Of a DNA stretch of 64,000 nt, positions 34,775 through 45,997 are shown piece after piece; position 1 is the first letter of the stretch; each line of letters begins with the position of its first letter. Below the pieces are notes generated by a model. That model worked only from the letters and a program-made list of their open reading frames with translations. It was not told the DNA's origin and did not search any database. The stretch is from a virus (lineage: Duplodnaviria > Caudoviricetes). Both the position numbers and the translations under genes were made by a program. Where the stretch lies: the IMG/VR virus record IMGVR_UViG_3300031555_003626, positions 32,001 to 96,000 of that record; one strand, written 5' to 3'.

Positions 34775-37700
34775 GTGGCTTTTGAAAACAATCAACAAGA
34801 TGCTTTTAATTTAAGAAATGATACTGAAAACTTAAAGCTATTTCAGTCAGAGCTAGATAAAGCTACTATGTCGATAGGAGCAGCAGAAATGGCTGCTGAG
34901 GAGGAACTAGCGAAGCGGAAGCTTAAAAACTTAAACGAGTTACAAAAGGCAAAAATACAGCAGTTAGATCGCTTAATTGCTCAGGAAGAAGCCGGAATAA
35001 GAGACCTTGCAAATGCAAGATTAACACTATCCGATAAGCAGTTCGAATTACGTAAAAAAGAAATTCAAAAAGAATTTCAACTAGCCAAAGATGCAGCGGA
35101 AGAGCTACTTAAGATAACCAATAAGAAAAACCAGGCGTCTGCAAAGCGACCGGCTTCTAGCGCCAAAGAAAACTCGCCTACTTCCAAAGCTAAACAAACG
35201 ACTGCAGACTCTGGAAAAACTAACAATCTTGAACTTATTAATCTAGTAAGTTCAATCGATCAAACGCTTGGCTCATTACACAGTACTGTAGCTGACCTTA
35301 GCAAAGCAAAAAATAAGGATAATAGAAAAGAGTCAAAAGCTCAAAATACTTCACCTTCAGCTGCAAAAGATCTTAAGACTAACATTTCCACAAATGTACC
35401 AACGAATGTCGCTAAGGTGCCTCCAGATGGTGATAAACCAATTGAGGTTAAGTCAGAAGAGCCCAAAGAACGGAATTTTACTGATAGCGCAAAAGGCTTA
35501 AAAGAGGTTGACTTAGGTAAACATTCTTTTGAGTCTGTTAGTAACGAATTCGATAACCTTAAAAAATCTTTAGCTGGAAAAGATAATGCACAAACACGTA
35601 AAGATTTAGACGCAATTGTCAAAAAGGGAGAAAAAGCTCCGCAAGCTTCAATAGACGCGGCGGGAGACCTATTAAAAAGTATTGAAGCGGCTAATGATGC
35701 TGAGCAAAAGCTCAAAGAATTTAATGAAGCTAGTGTGCTCACTAAGCGACTCCGTGCAGCTGACGCCGAGCACCAGTTAAGAAAAGCACATGCTGATGAA
35801 GCTCGAGGATCTGCTGAAAAAGCTGAAGCTATTAGTGCAAAAACTAGGGACCTTGAAATTAATAGGCAAAAGTATATCGACGAAGAAAAACAAGCTTTAG
35901 AAAACAGCTTCGCAGAAAAGCGAAATGCACTCACTACTGAGTATATAAAATCAGAAGAGGCCAGAGCATATGCACTTGCTCATAAAAAAGAGCTTTTAGA
36001 CCTAGAGGGACAAAAACTTAGGAATGAGCATTCTTTAGCTGCGTATAAAGCAGAGACAGCTAGGAACAGTGCAGCGGCCAAAGCGGAAGATCTTAAGAAT
36101 AATGACGCAAAGTATTTCCAAGAAGCATATTGGGCACAAGAACAGGCATATGCAGATAATCAAAACAAGCTAAATGAAGAGCGTATAAATACTGAAGCTG
36201 CTTTAACATTTGCATTAACTCATGAAAAAGAACTCTTAGAGCAAGAGGCCCAAAAACTTGAAAATGCGCATGCTAATGCAAACTTAAAAGCCATACTAGA
36301 TAATATTGCAGCTGAGGCTGAGGCAAAGGATCTTGAGCACAATCGTGCACTATATGCGCAAGAAGAAGATAGGGCGCTTAGAATTGCACAGCTTAAAGAG
36401 CAAAATAAACTTGCGAAAGAGCAAATAGCAGCTGAGGCTAAATTAAAAGCTATTGAAAACAACAATAGCACTGTTCTTAATCAAGAAGCTCATAAATTAC
36501 GCATTGGGCATATCGAAGCAGAGCATAAGGCAATGGAAGACCTTATTGCAGCTCAAGCAAAAAAAGATGACCTTGAGGCCAATAGAAAAAAATACTTAAC
36601 TGAAGCAGAACAAGCGCTTAAGGTCGGACATGAAAATAAACAAAATGATCTTACGCTGGCTGGTATTAATGCAGAGGCAAAAGCCAAAGACCTTGTAAAG
36701 AACAAAGAACAATATATACTTGAGGCTCGGCAGGCGCGTGAAAATGCTTTTTACGAAGAGCAAAATAAACTTGCTGAAGAGCGGTATACAACTGAAGCCG
36801 AAATAGCTTGGGAACGCACACATAGCGAAGAGCTTATGGCCCAAGAGCTTCAGCAAAAAAGACTCAGTGGCCTAAAAGAATACCAAGAATACCAGAAAAA
36901 AGCTGGTAAGTATTCCGTTAGCCAAGAAAAGTTTGAAAAAGATAAGGCACGAAAAGATAATAAAGCTGCTAGAAAAGAAGCTGTTGGCGGAATAACCGAC
37001 GGACTAAAGAAATTTGGTACCGGTGAGTTCTCAATGACCGATATCAAGAAGTCCTATGGCGAATATATGAATAAGCGTACTGCCGAATTAAAAGATTCTG
37101 GACTTAGTGATAGCTCTGCAAAACTAGCTGCACAATTCGAGTTACTTGCCGAGGCTGCTGGCGGTCTACAAGCAGTACTTGATGCTGACGTTAAAAAAAT
37201 ATCGTCTATGCAGGGTATCGTAGATACTCGACTACAGGGCTCACAAGTAAACGAGCTGAAGGGCAATTCTTATTGGAAGCAGCTTTTGAAGGATGCAAAA
37301 GGTATAGCTGGCGCATCACCTTTTATTAGACAAGAAACACTTGTTGATAATATAAAAACATTAGTTGAAAAAGGTATTTCTTTTGATGTTAAACAGCGAG
37401 CATTCTTAATGACTATTCAAGAAAAAATCGCTAATACATTTAATGTCGCTGATGGTACCTTATTGCGATTAATTCGCATTCAGCAACAAGACACCACTGC
37501 TGGGCGCCTTGGCATGGAGTCTGCTTTAAATAGCTTCTTAAACAGTATGTACGAAACTTCTGAGTACTTGGAAAATGTAGCAGCAAGCGTAAGAAGTAGC
37601 TTGGAAGAGATGCAAGCACTTATGGATGGTGCTGCTGCAACTGAAGTCGAATACCAAGTACAAAAATGGATGGGCTCGTTATATTCAGTTGGTATGTCTG

Positions 37701-38818
37701 ACAGTGCGGTACAAGGCATTGCACAAGCATTAGGCCAAATTGCAAGTGGCGACATTAGTGGAATTACTGGAAACGGTACTGGTAACCTGTTAATAATGGC
37801 TGCAAACGAAGCAGGCAAATCGATAGCTGATATTTTACAAACAGGATTAGACGCTACCGAAACTAATGAGCTCATGCAGGCAATGGTAAACTACTTAGCC
37901 GAGATTGCTGAAACATCAAATGACAGCAAAGTTGTTCAGCAGCAATTAGCTAACGTTTATGGTTTAAAGGCATCTGACTTAAAAGCAGCGACTAATCTCG
38001 CATCAAGTGTTAAAGATGTTTCTAAACAAAACTTAGCTTATAGCGGAATGCTTGGGCAGCTTCAGGCTATGATGAATACATTAAACCAAAGAACCAGTAT
38101 TAGTGAAGGTATGACTAATATGTGGGATAATGTAATGTATAGTATGGCTAGCACACAAGCAAGTAATCCTATACTTTATGCACTTCCTAAACTAGCTAAT
38201 CTGCTAAGAGATGTCACTGGTGGAAGTGGTATTGATCTACCATTCATAAACGTTTTCGGATTTGGTGTCGACTTAAATACATCTATTGCTGACCTTATGT
38301 CTATTGCTTCTATGGCCGGCACTGCTCTTGGCGCGCTTGGACCACTCTTTACAGGTTTAAGCGATCTAACGAACTCATCAGTCGGAGCCTCAATGTTGAA
38401 TCGTGCCGGAATTAAGACTTCAGGAAAAGCTCCTGTTATTGCGCGTGGCTCTGCACAACCTTTACAGAATCTTGGCGGTGCAAGTATTTCAGAGTCTGGT
38501 TATGTTGGAAATAGCTCTGGCGAAGATATTAAAAAAGCAACACTGCAAGATGCAGAGGATGATAAGAAGAAGCAGATGGTCAAAGCGAGAGAGGAAGAGG
38601 AAACCGATGAAGAGCTTAATACTAAGGCAGACATGGCAATGATCGGTATATATAATCTACTTGAAGAAGCCGTTCATGGTTCACAGACTATCCGAGTAAA
38701 GGTAGTTGGCGGCGGTTGTAATTGTAACTGTGGTAGTACCGGTGTAAAGTCTATCGAAAATGAAACACCTTCAACAAAGCCAAATGAAACTGATAATGGC
38801 AACTGGGTAATATTCTAA
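34775..38818 (+). CDS. tape measure protein
   Basis: 1347 aa, helical and Ala-rich with ~40-aa repeats; synteny. Confidence 0.8.
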   Translation: MAFENNQQDAFNLRNDTENLKLFQSELDKATMSIGAAEMAAEEELAKRKLKNLNELQKAKIQQLDRLIAQEEAGIRDLANARLTLSDKQFELRKKEIQKEFQLAKDAAEELLKITNKKNQASAKRPASSAKENSPTSKAKQTTADSGKTNNLELINLVSSIDQTLGSLHSTVADLSKAKNKDNRKESKAQNTSPSAAKDLKTNISTNVPTNVAKVPPDGDKPIEVKSEEPKERNFTDSAKGLKEVDLGKHSFESVSNEFDNLKKSLAGKDNAQTRKDLDAIVKKGEKAPQASIDAAGDLLKSIEAANDAEQKLKEFNEASVLTKRLRAADAEHQLRKAHADEARGSAEKAEAISAKTRDLEINRQKYIDEEKQALENSFAEKRNALTTEYIKSEEARAYALAHKKELLDLEGQKLRNEHSLAAYKAETARNSAAAKAEDLKNNDAKYFQEAYWAQEQAYADNQNKLNEERINTEAALTFALTHEKELLEQEAQKLENAHANANLKAILDNIAAEAEAKDLEHNRALYAQEEDRALRIAQLKEQNKLAKEQIAAEAKLKAIENNNSTVLNQEAHKLRIGHIEAEHKAMEDLIAAQAKKDDLEANRKKYLTEAEQALKVGHENKQNDLTLAGINAEAKAKDLVKNKEQYILEARQARENAFYEEQNKLAEERYTTEAEIAWERTHSEELMAQELQQKRLSGLKEYQEYQKKAGKYSVSQEKFEKDKARKDNKAARKEAVGGITDGLKKFGTGEFSMTDIKKSYGEYMNKRTAELKDSGLSDSSAKLAAQFELLAEAAGGLQAVLDADVKKISSMQGIVDTRLQGSQVNELKGNSYWKQLLKDAKGIAGASPFIRQETLVDNIKTLVEKGISFDVKQRAFLMTIQEKIANTFNVADGTLLRLIRIQQQDTTAGRLGMESALNSFLNSMYETSEYLENVAASVRSSLEEMQALMDGAAATEVEYQVQKWMGSLYSVGMSDSAVQGIAQALGQIASGDISGITGNGTGNLLIMAANEAGKSIADILQTGLDATETNELMQAMVNYLAEIAETSNDSKVVQQQLANVYGLKASDLKAATNLASSVKDVSKQNLAYSGMLGQLQAMMNTLNQRTSISEGMTNMWDNVMYSMASTQASNPILYALPKLANLLRDVTGGSGIDLPFINVFGFGVDLNTSIADLMSIASMAGTALGALGPLFTGLSDLTNSSVGASMLNRAGIKTSGKAPVIARGSAQPLQNLGGASISESGYVGNSSGEDIKKATLQDAEDDKKKQMVKAREEEETDEELNTKADMAMIGIYNLLEEAVHGSQTIRVKVVGGGCNCNCGSTGVKSIENETPSTKPNETDNGNWVIF

Positions 38819-38839
38819 AAAGAAGAGAGGAACTAAGAT

Positions 38840-40525
38840 ATGTTACAATTTAATAATAATCACATATTTACAGGTTATCTGAAGCAATTTCTCTCTTCTT
38901 TTAACCTGCCGACTTGCAAAATCTATACTGCAGAATTTGAAAAATTTTATGCTGAACATGGTTATGAAGATCCAAGAGTTATTGAATCTAATTTACCGAA
39001 AAAAATAGCGGATGCTAAAGTGCGCTCGGGTGTGGGAATTACTTATTTAAAAGATGGCTGTCCGCAACAGTATTTCTGGGACACAAGCTCTTGGGATACT
39101 AGCCTTAATTATAACAATGCAGACCAGGGTAAAATAAATAAATACTGGAAAAGCAATAAAATAGAACATTACAATGGTAATAAAATCTTAGGACTAACTA
39201 AAACATTAAAAAATCCTACAGCTTTGTATAACTATCAAACTCATGAATATTTAGGTGACTATCTCAGATTTTTAAGAGACTATGAAAATATAAACCTAAT
39301 GTCAATGTACAACTGCTTCAGCAACAGATTGTGCAATAACATAAAATTTACACTTGCGCTAAACGATACTCAAACACTTGCAGTAAATACCTATGAGACC
39401 GACTACAAAATCTATATGCTTCCAGTAAAACTTTTTGAAAAATATACTATAGCAATTGATTGCTACCAGGGCGCTGAACTCTTTTGTGGTTTTTATAACG
39501 AAAAGTTAGACTTATCTACAGAAGCAACAAAAGACCTTATTAGGCAAACATACGCAAAGATTCCGAAAGCGCTATTTAATCAACCATATGTTTATAACAA
39601 ACTCGATGTAACTTACTGGAATTGGCACGCCGAAAATACTCTACCAGAAGCACAACTATCCGAGTCTGTGCGTGAAACCTATACAAGATTCCATAATACT
39701 GATAAAATCTTAAGGTCCGAGGTAGCGGTGCGAGAAAGTGAACTTAAGCTATTTATAAAAATTCCCACAGCCAACACTTCGAGCATAGTGGTTTTAGAGG
39801 GTGACTACCGTAACTTTAATGACTCTCTTTATAGCATAAATAGCAAAGGCGGATGGCAGTATCTTGCCAACTCAACTATCATTAATTTCGAAACAAAGAA
39901 AACAGAGAAAGAGTCTAAGTTACCGGATATAAACTTACGAGAATTTAAGCCCATTAGCAAGTTACAGCTACTTGCAATAAACACGGGCATTTCATATCCA
40001 TTTGCTGATCGACTAATAGAATATTTAGTAGCAAATGTTATTGTCCCAAATGATGCTACACCTGATAACATTAAAAGGCTTCAAAAAGTAATGGAAGACT
40101 GCGGCTATAGTTTCCAAATAGACGGCATCTGGGAACCTAAAATGCAGATGATCTTATATGATTATTTAATGAATAGTGGAAAAATTGTTGTTGCTACTGA
40201 AAAAGATGAGTTCGGGAACACTCGATACGATAACAATGATAAACCAATTTATAAAACTAAAAAAGATATGATGGGCAAAACTGTTTACGATAAAGCTGGT
40301 AACCCCGTTTATTTAACAGAAGACCAGCGAACCGGAAATCTTCGACAAAAAGGTCAAAAAATGCGCTCAGACTGCTTTGACATTTTAGGTTACGTAGATA
40401 AAGACGCTGAGAAGCTTTATGCAAGCTGGAAAGTTGAGGTAAATGAAAAAACTAAAAAGCCACAGGTAACTGCAAAGACAACTTTAGAAAACGTAGATAT
40501 TTATTCAAATTTATATGACATTTAA
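38840..40525 (+). CDS. putative tail/baseplate protein
   Basis: Synteny; short segment IKRLQKVM..CGY...IDGIW resembling a peptidoglycan-binding motif. Confidence 0.5.
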   Translation: MLQFNNNHIFTGYLKQFLSSFNLPTCKIYTAEFEKFYAEHGYEDPRVIESNLPKKIADAKVRSGVGITYLKDGCPQQYFWDTSSWDTSLNYNNADQGKINKYWKSNKIEHYNGNKILGLTKTLKNPTALYNYQTHEYLGDYLRFLRDYENINLMSMYNCFSNRLCNNIKFTLALNDTQTLAVNTYETDYKIYMLPVKLFEKYTIAIDCYQGAELFCGFYNEKLDLSTEATKDLIRQTYAKIPKALFNQPYVYNKLDVTYWNWHAENTLPEAQLSESVRETYTRFHNTDKILRSEVAVRESELKLFIKIPTANTSSIVVLEGDYRNFNDSLYSINSKGGWQYLANSTIINFETKKTEKESKLPDINLREFKPISKLQLLAINTGISYPFADRLIEYLVANVIVPNDATPDNIKRLQKVMEDCGYSFQIDGIWEPKMQMILYDYLMNSGKIVVATEKDEFGNTRYDNNDKPIYKTKKDMMGKTVYDKAGNPVYLTEDQRTGNLRQKGQKMRSDCFDILGYVDKDAEKLYASWKVEVNEKTKKPQVTAKTTLENVDIYSNLYDI

Positions 40526-40539
40526 GGGAGGGATAAGTT

Positions 40540-41160
40540 TTGGCAGTTGAAACAAGTTTTACTGAAAATGAAATTAAAAATCGAGCGCTTCCTGACTGTT
40601 ATATTTATATCTCGCACTTAGACGGCATTGCCCCGCAATATTGGCGTTTACCGCAATACCCCGATGAAGTTACTGATCAAATGCAGTCTGCTTTTGCTGA
40701 CCAAAATGCCTTAGGGCGTTCGGCACCTGTCTACACATTTAGTAACTCTGGTCCAAGAATAGTTCAGTTTAATCTAGAATTTCACAGAGATATGATCGAT
40801 GAGGCAAATACCGGCTATAGTAATGTAACATTAAATGATAGTGAGGACTACTCGGATAAATTAATATCGGCTCTTCAAGCAATTGCGCTACCTAAGTATA
40901 ATTTAACAAATAAAGCTATAGAACCCCCACTTGTTGCGATTAGACTAGGCAGACAAGTATTTATTAAGGGCGTGGTAACTAGTGGAATTGCAGTTACGTA
41001 CAAAAAACCAATTCTTTCTAATGAAAAATACGCTGTTGTCGGGCTTGGTTTCACAGTTGCAGAAGTTGACCCTTATGATGCTACAACAGTTTATTCAAAC
41101 GGCTCATTTAGAGGCTTAGTGTCATCTATGCGAAAAGGTATGGGAATGGAGGATAATTAA
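40540..41160 (+). CDS. baseplate/tail tube initiator-like protein
   Basis: LGRSAPVYTFSNSGPR.VQF and PPLVAIRLG..FIKGVV motifs. Confidence 0.6.
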   Translation: MAVETSFTENEIKNRALPDCYIYISHLDGIAPQYWRLPQYPDEVTDQMQSAFADQNALGRSAPVYTFSNSGPRIVQFNLEFHRDMIDEANTGYSNVTLNDSEDYSDKLISALQAIALPKYNLTNKAIEPPLVAIRLGRQVFIKGVVTSGIAVTYKKPILSNEKYAVVGLGFTVAEVDPYDATTVYSNGSFRGLVSSMRKGMGMEDN

Positions 41161-41163
41161 TAA

Positions 41164-41490
41164 ATGGATACTTTACGGAATAAAAGTTATGAAAGCTATG
41201 ATTATCTAAGCAGATACACTCAAGTACCCTACTATTTTGATGATATAAAACAGCGTGAGATTTACGGTATAGGAAATAATATGCTAAAAAATAGTCCGTA
41301 TGTATCTCATAAAGTAACTTCTGAAGATACTCTTCATAGTCTATCTTTGCAGTATTATAATAATCCTACGTACTGGTGGGTAATTGCTTATTTCAATGAT
41401 ATTCAAGATTCATTTATTTCATTAATAGACCACTACAGCATTCTTCGAATTCCTAATATTGCAGGCGTAACTTTCGGAAGGACTAACTAA
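41164..41490 (+). CDS. LysM-like baseplate protein (gp53/gpX-like)
   Basis: HKVTSEDTLHSLSLQYYNNPTYWWVIAYFNDI...LRIP. Confidence 0.75.
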   Translation: MDTLRNKSYESYDYLSRYTQVPYYFDDIKQREIYGIGNNMLKNSPYVSHKVTSEDTLHSLSLQYYNNPTYWWVIAYFNDIQDSFISLIDHYSILRIPNIAGVTFGRTN

Positions 41491-42794
41491 TGGCAGGATT
41501 AAAATTTTCACAACAAAGAAAAAGCCTACTTTCTAGTCAGACTAGAATACAGGTGCCGTGGGTAAAAGTAACTCTGGGAACTTATACGTTTGGAATTTTT
41601 GATAGCAAAACTAAGTCACAGGCAGGTAAAGATAAAAATGGATTTTATACTACTTATAATATAAAATATCCTAACTATATTCAAGATCTTACCGTAACTA
41701 AAATTAATGGACAGGTAAACCAATACTCATTAAATATCATATATCCGATTACACAGTTTGATGATCCAAACTTTTTTGAAAAAGTTTTTTCAAGTATAAG
41801 CAGCACGCGTAAAATTATTTTTTCTTATGGTGATGCTTCAGTTCCATCGTATGTGTATAAAAATGAAGAAGCAATAATTACAAAGATTACTCAAGGTTTT
41901 AATTTAGAGCGCAGTTCAATTTCATACCAAATAGAAGCTGTTTCTGGTGCAGCCCTTACTGCCGATGGCACGATTACTGAACTTGCATCAGGTGCAGCCG
42001 TAAAACCGAGTGAAAAAATAAAAAGCCTATTTAGAAGTAATAAGAGCTTACAAGATACTTTTACCGGAATGAGAATTAGTGACTTAGATAAACTTATTGC
42101 GGGAGATGACCAACCCGTTGTGCTTGATTCTAAACGAAATGTTTCTGCTTTAGACTACATCGCATACCTCGCAAGCTGCATGGTTCCATCAGGAACAAAA
42201 CCAGGTCTATCTAAAGATATTTATATTTTAACAGTACATGATGATACTATCTTAGATACAACATATGACCCGAGTAGCTTTGGAGGAAAAGGTGGACCCT
42301 ACTTTAAAATTACAAAAACATCTTATGCGGCAGAACACAGTGACGCCTATGAAGTTGACATTGGTTATAATACTTCTACAATTGTTCGAAGCTTTAGTAT
42401 TGAGCAAAATGAAAACTTTTCCTTATACTATGACTACCAAGGAGAGATTCACTCTGAAGAATATGTTCGTAGATTAAATAAACAAGGTGAATGGGAAACA
42501 GTCTATTCACCCACTTATATGGTTAGAGCTAATGAGTTTAATGCTACAGCCAAAGACATGATTTGGTGGACTAAGGCTACAAAGTATCCTATTACCGCCA
42601 CCATAACAATTCAAGGGCTGCTACGTCCTGCGACTCTAATGCAATATCTACGTCTGAACATAATATTTCCTGGTGGGCACGAGCACTTGGCGAGCGGACT
42701 TTATATAGTTACTAGACAAGTAGACAGCATCAATAGTAGTGGTTATACTACACAACTAACCCTAACTAGAATTAGCGGAGACAACAAAAATTAG
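41490..42794 (+). CDS. probable baseplate hub protein
   Basis: C-terminal ATITIQG...SGLYIVTRQVDSINSSGYTTQLTL; synteny. Confidence 0.6.
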   Translation: MAGLKFSQQRKSLLSSQTRIQVPWVKVTLGTYTFGIFDSKTKSQAGKDKNGFYTTYNIKYPNYIQDLTVTKINGQVNQYSLNIIYPITQFDDPNFFEKVFSSISSTRKIIFSYGDASVPSYVYKNEEAIITKITQGFNLERSSISYQIEAVSGAALTADGTITELASGAAVKPSEKIKSLFRSNKSLQDTFTGMRISDLDKLIAGDDQPVVLDSKRNVSALDYIAYLASCMVPSGTKPGLSKDIYILTVHDDTILDTTYDPSSFGGKGGPYFKITKTSYAAEHSDAYEVDIGYNTSTIVRSFSIEQNENFSLYYDYQGEIHSEEYVRRLNKQGEWETVYSPTYMVRANEFNATAKDMIWWTKATKYPITATITIQGLLRPATLMQYLRLNIIFPGGHEHLASGLYIVTRQVDSINSSGYTTQLTLTRISGDNKN

Positions 42795-42810
42795 TATTAT
42801 TAATAGACCT

Positions 42811-42855
42811 AAATAAAAGCTTGAAGACTGTTATGTCTCTAAGCTTTTATTTTTT
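42811..42855 (+). terminator. intrinsic terminator
   Basis: AAATAAAAGCTT...AAGCTTTTATTT. Confidence 0.65.
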
Positions 42856-42864
42856 GCTAAATTA
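42856..42864 (+). promoter_or_regulatory. putative late promoter GCTAAATTA
   Basis: Recurrent motif. Confidence 0.6.
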
Positions 42865-42906
42865 TATAGCATATGAAAGTTAATCCAAAAAAAAGGAGAA
42901 TATTTT

Positions 42907-45891
42907 ATGAGTGAATTTTATGATTTACCTTATACCGGTAAACAAATTGAAGATAAACTAGCTTTAGTCGATGAAATGTCGACAAAACTAGGTGTCAACT
43001 CGGTTAGTAAGGCATTTAAAGTTTATCCTCAAGGCGACCAAAAATTAGCAATCATTGACAATAAAATCAAAGTAGGAATTCGAAATGCTGAAATGGAGAT
43101 TGTTGATGGTGCAGGCGATGAAGAACTTAAAACTCAATTAACAAACTTAAAAGAGGCAGTAGATGCAAATCCAAATGAAATATATTATTCTTTAGTAGTG
43201 CGATCTGCTTCATATCATAAGGGAACTATTGCAAGCGTTGATGTAAATAACCGTGAAATTGTTGTTAATGATGGCCCTACTGAAGGTAATTTTATTCAAG
43301 TAAATCTTGAAAATAATAAAGATAGAACCTCTAATCCTAAAAAAGATGATCCTGCAAACTTTAATGTTTACAATAACTTTATAATTGAAGGTTATCCAGA
43401 ACTAGGAACTATTGATATTGGTTTTAATACTATTACTGCTGGAATAAACTCTTCTGCTGTTAATAATAGTTCAGTAGCTATGGGCAAAAACGCTAGAGCT
43501 TTAGGAAAATTCACAGTAGCTTTCGGAGAAGATACTATAGCAGGTCATAGAGCTTTAGTTGCTGGCGCCGCTTGTGAAGCATTAGGCCAAGAGAGCATTG
43601 CAGCAGGATTAACCAGTAAAGCTACTGGAACTCAGTCTACCGCTATGGGTAACAACGCTAAGGCACAAGGTCCTTCTAGTGTGGCGCTTGGTTATTACAC
43701 TACAGCTTCCGGTGATTACGGATTTGCGTTCAATGGTTATACTGAAGCCAGCGCTAAAAACGCTACTGCTGGTGGATGGCACTCTGAGGCAAAACACACT
43801 GGTGCGTTTACTATGGGTTGCTATACTAGAAGCTCAGCAGACTATCAGACGGTACTAGGTACATATAATAAAGGCCATGCAGAGGCTTTATTTATCATTG
43901 GCAATGGTACCTCATCTTCAAATACGAGTAATGCTTTAACCGTTACTAAAAAAGGTAATGTTAAAGTAAGTGGTAGCATTAGCTTTGAATCAGGTGGTAT
44001 TGGAGTAGGTAAGAAAAAATCTACTTCTGGCTACTTTATGGGAACTAACTGCTTAGCAAACACAGTAGTAAAGCTTCCTTTAGGCCAAACATATACAGAT
44101 TATTATAAAATTGAAAACGATGGCTCTTCTTACAAATACTCATGGAATATATCATGTGGTACAGTGAAACTTACTTTAACTCCTAGTGTGATTGTTCAAG
44201 AAGATTCTAAAGCACCTAAAACTTATACAGCCGCCTTGACGGGAGATGTTGGTAATTATGTCCTTACAGTAACTTTACCGTTTGATTATAATAATACGGA
44301 TAAAACGTATATTTTAGGAATGACTTATTTATCATTTGATATTTCATTACCTAGCGTATTAAAATTTAAATCATTTGCTAATGGATCAGATTTAAGAGCT
44401 GCCGAATATGCAAGTCTCACACAGCCTAGCCATGGCACAGCTATTGGTCATAGTGCGTCTGCACTTGGACATGTTTCTACAGCAATAGGATTTGGTGCTC
44501 TTAGCGCGGGTTCGTCTTCAATGGCAATAGGAAAAAATGTTGTAGCAAATGCTGCTAATGCCATTGTTATAGGCAACTCCAGTGTAGCTAACCATGATAA
44601 TGCAATTATTCTGGGTCGTAACTGTACCTCTACTGAATCAGATCAAGTTATATTAGGCTACCAAAATGCATTTACTGTAAATAAAGATGGTACTGCAACG
44701 GTTAAGACTGGTCCTAAAAAAGCTAAAGACGTTGCTACCATGGAGTATGTAGATACAGAAATAGGAAAGATTTCTGCTCCTGATCTTTCGGGTTATGCGC
44801 CAGTAAGCCATAATCATAATGAATATGCGCTAACAGATCATACTCATAACTATGCTGCATCTAGCCATCTTCACGATGATAAGTATGCTCTTAAGTCTCA
44901 TACTCATACTGAGTATGCTTCTAACATGCACCCATCCCAGATTGCTACCGACTTAAATCTTGGACATGTAAAAGGTCTTAATGCTACCTTACTGGTAAAT
45001 GGCATAAAAGGCGAAAGTGGCAGTACTACATATTTTGCTAACGCTTTTAGTCTTGAAAAAGATAAACAGTATAAGGTTATATTATTACCTCACACTTCAG
45101 GTTCTGACCCAGCAAATTTCTCAGCATCAGCAACGTTTGATATTGATGCAGGTGCTTCCTGGGATAATCCTCAGAAGTTTACTATCAGCAACGGCTCCGC
45201 AATATTCACTGCAGAGTACCCAGGAAAGATTAATGCTTTCATAATGAATGTTACTGCTGGTGGAGGCTCCAATCAATATTACAAGATATATATTTCAGAA
45301 ATTCCATTAGATTCAGTATCAATTAATTCAGATGGTACTATGCAGGTTCATACGGTATCCAAAGCTAAAATAGCAGCTTCAGCTACTAGAACTGATTTTG
45401 CTACGAGAGCTCTGCAGGATAATAGTGGAAACATCTTTAGTGAGACATATCTTAAAAAAGCTGACTTACCAAATGGTTTTCTTTCTGTAGTTCCTTGCAG
45501 CGATGAGTCTAAAAATGTTTATACTCAGAGTGAGGGTGGTAAAACGATTGATATATCTCAGTTTATAGGTGATGCAACGATTGATAGCTTAATAGGAGTG
45601 AGTCTACGGTTTATAACTTGGTTAAAAGATACTAATGGTAACTCGTATGCTTATAACGCCTTTGTTACTGACTTTTCACAAAGATATACGTTAGAGGGTA
45701 CTCGCTATTTTACGGTAAATGCGGGAATTGTTAATCAGATAGATGATGTATCTTGTGGCACCTGCTTTTATGCGTTTAACATTACAGAGGATAAGAAATT
45801 ACGATTTCTTAGATGTAAAGCTACGCTTTCAAATAACAATACTCTTGATAGTATATCAATAGATAATTTGGTGTTATTCTTTTTGAAGTAA
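42907..45891 (+). CDS. tail fibre / receptor-binding protein with YadA-head-like and HxH repeats
   Basis: 14-aa S.A.G...A repeats in two blocks; SHNHNEYA, DHTHNYA, SHLHDDKYA and SHTHTEYA. Confidence 0.75.
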   Translation: MSEFYDLPYTGKQIEDKLALVDEMSTKLGVNSVSKAFKVYPQGDQKLAIIDNKIKVGIRNAEMEIVDGAGDEELKTQLTNLKEAVDANPNEIYYSLVVRSASYHKGTIASVDVNNREIVVNDGPTEGNFIQVNLENNKDRTSNPKKDDPANFNVYNNFIIEGYPELGTIDIGFNTITAGINSSAVNNSSVAMGKNARALGKFTVAFGEDTIAGHRALVAGAACEALGQESIAAGLTSKATGTQSTAMGNNAKAQGPSSVALGYYTTASGDYGFAFNGYTEASAKNATAGGWHSEAKHTGAFTMGCYTRSSADYQTVLGTYNKGHAEALFIIGNGTSSSNTSNALTVTKKGNVKVSGSISFESGGIGVGKKKSTSGYFMGTNCLANTVVKLPLGQTYTDYYKIENDGSSYKYSWNISCGTVKLTLTPSVIVQEDSKAPKTYTAALTGDVGNYVLTVTLPFDYNNTDKTYILGMTYLSFDISLPSVLKFKSFANGSDLRAAEYASLTQPSHGTAIGHSASALGHVSTAIGFGALSAGSSSMAIGKNVVANAANAIVIGNSSVANHDNAIILGRNCTSTESDQVILGYQNAFTVNKDGTATVKTGPKKAKDVATMEYVDTEIGKISAPDLSGYAPVSHNHNEYALTDHTHNYAASSHLHDDKYALKSHTHTEYASNMHPSQIATDLNLGHVKGLNATLLVNGIKGESGSTTYFANAFSLEKDKQYKVILLPHTSGSDPANFSASATFDIDAGASWDNPQKFTISNGSAIFTAEYPGKINAFIMNVTAGGGSNQYYKIYISEIPLDSVSINSDGTMQVHTVSKAKIAASATRTDFATRALQDNSGNIFSETYLKKADLPNGFLSVVPCSDESKNVYTQSEGGKTIDISQFIGDATIDSLIGVSLRFITWLKDTNGNSYAYNAFVTDFSQRYTLEGTRYFTVNAGIVNQIDDVSCGTCFYAFNITEDKKLRFLRCKATLSNNNTLDSISIDNLVLFFLK

Positions 45892-45956
45892 GAGATAATT
45901 TATAAGTAGAAACAGAATACCAAGCAAAGCTTCTTAAGAAAATTATAATATACAAG

Positions 45957-45991
45957 AAAAAGAGCTTAAGATATTTTTCTTAAGCTCTTTT
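45957..45991. terminator. bidirectional terminator between convergent genes
   Basis: AAAAGAGCTTAAGA...TCTTAAGCTCTTTT. Confidence 0.75.
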
Positions 45992-45997
45992 GTTATT

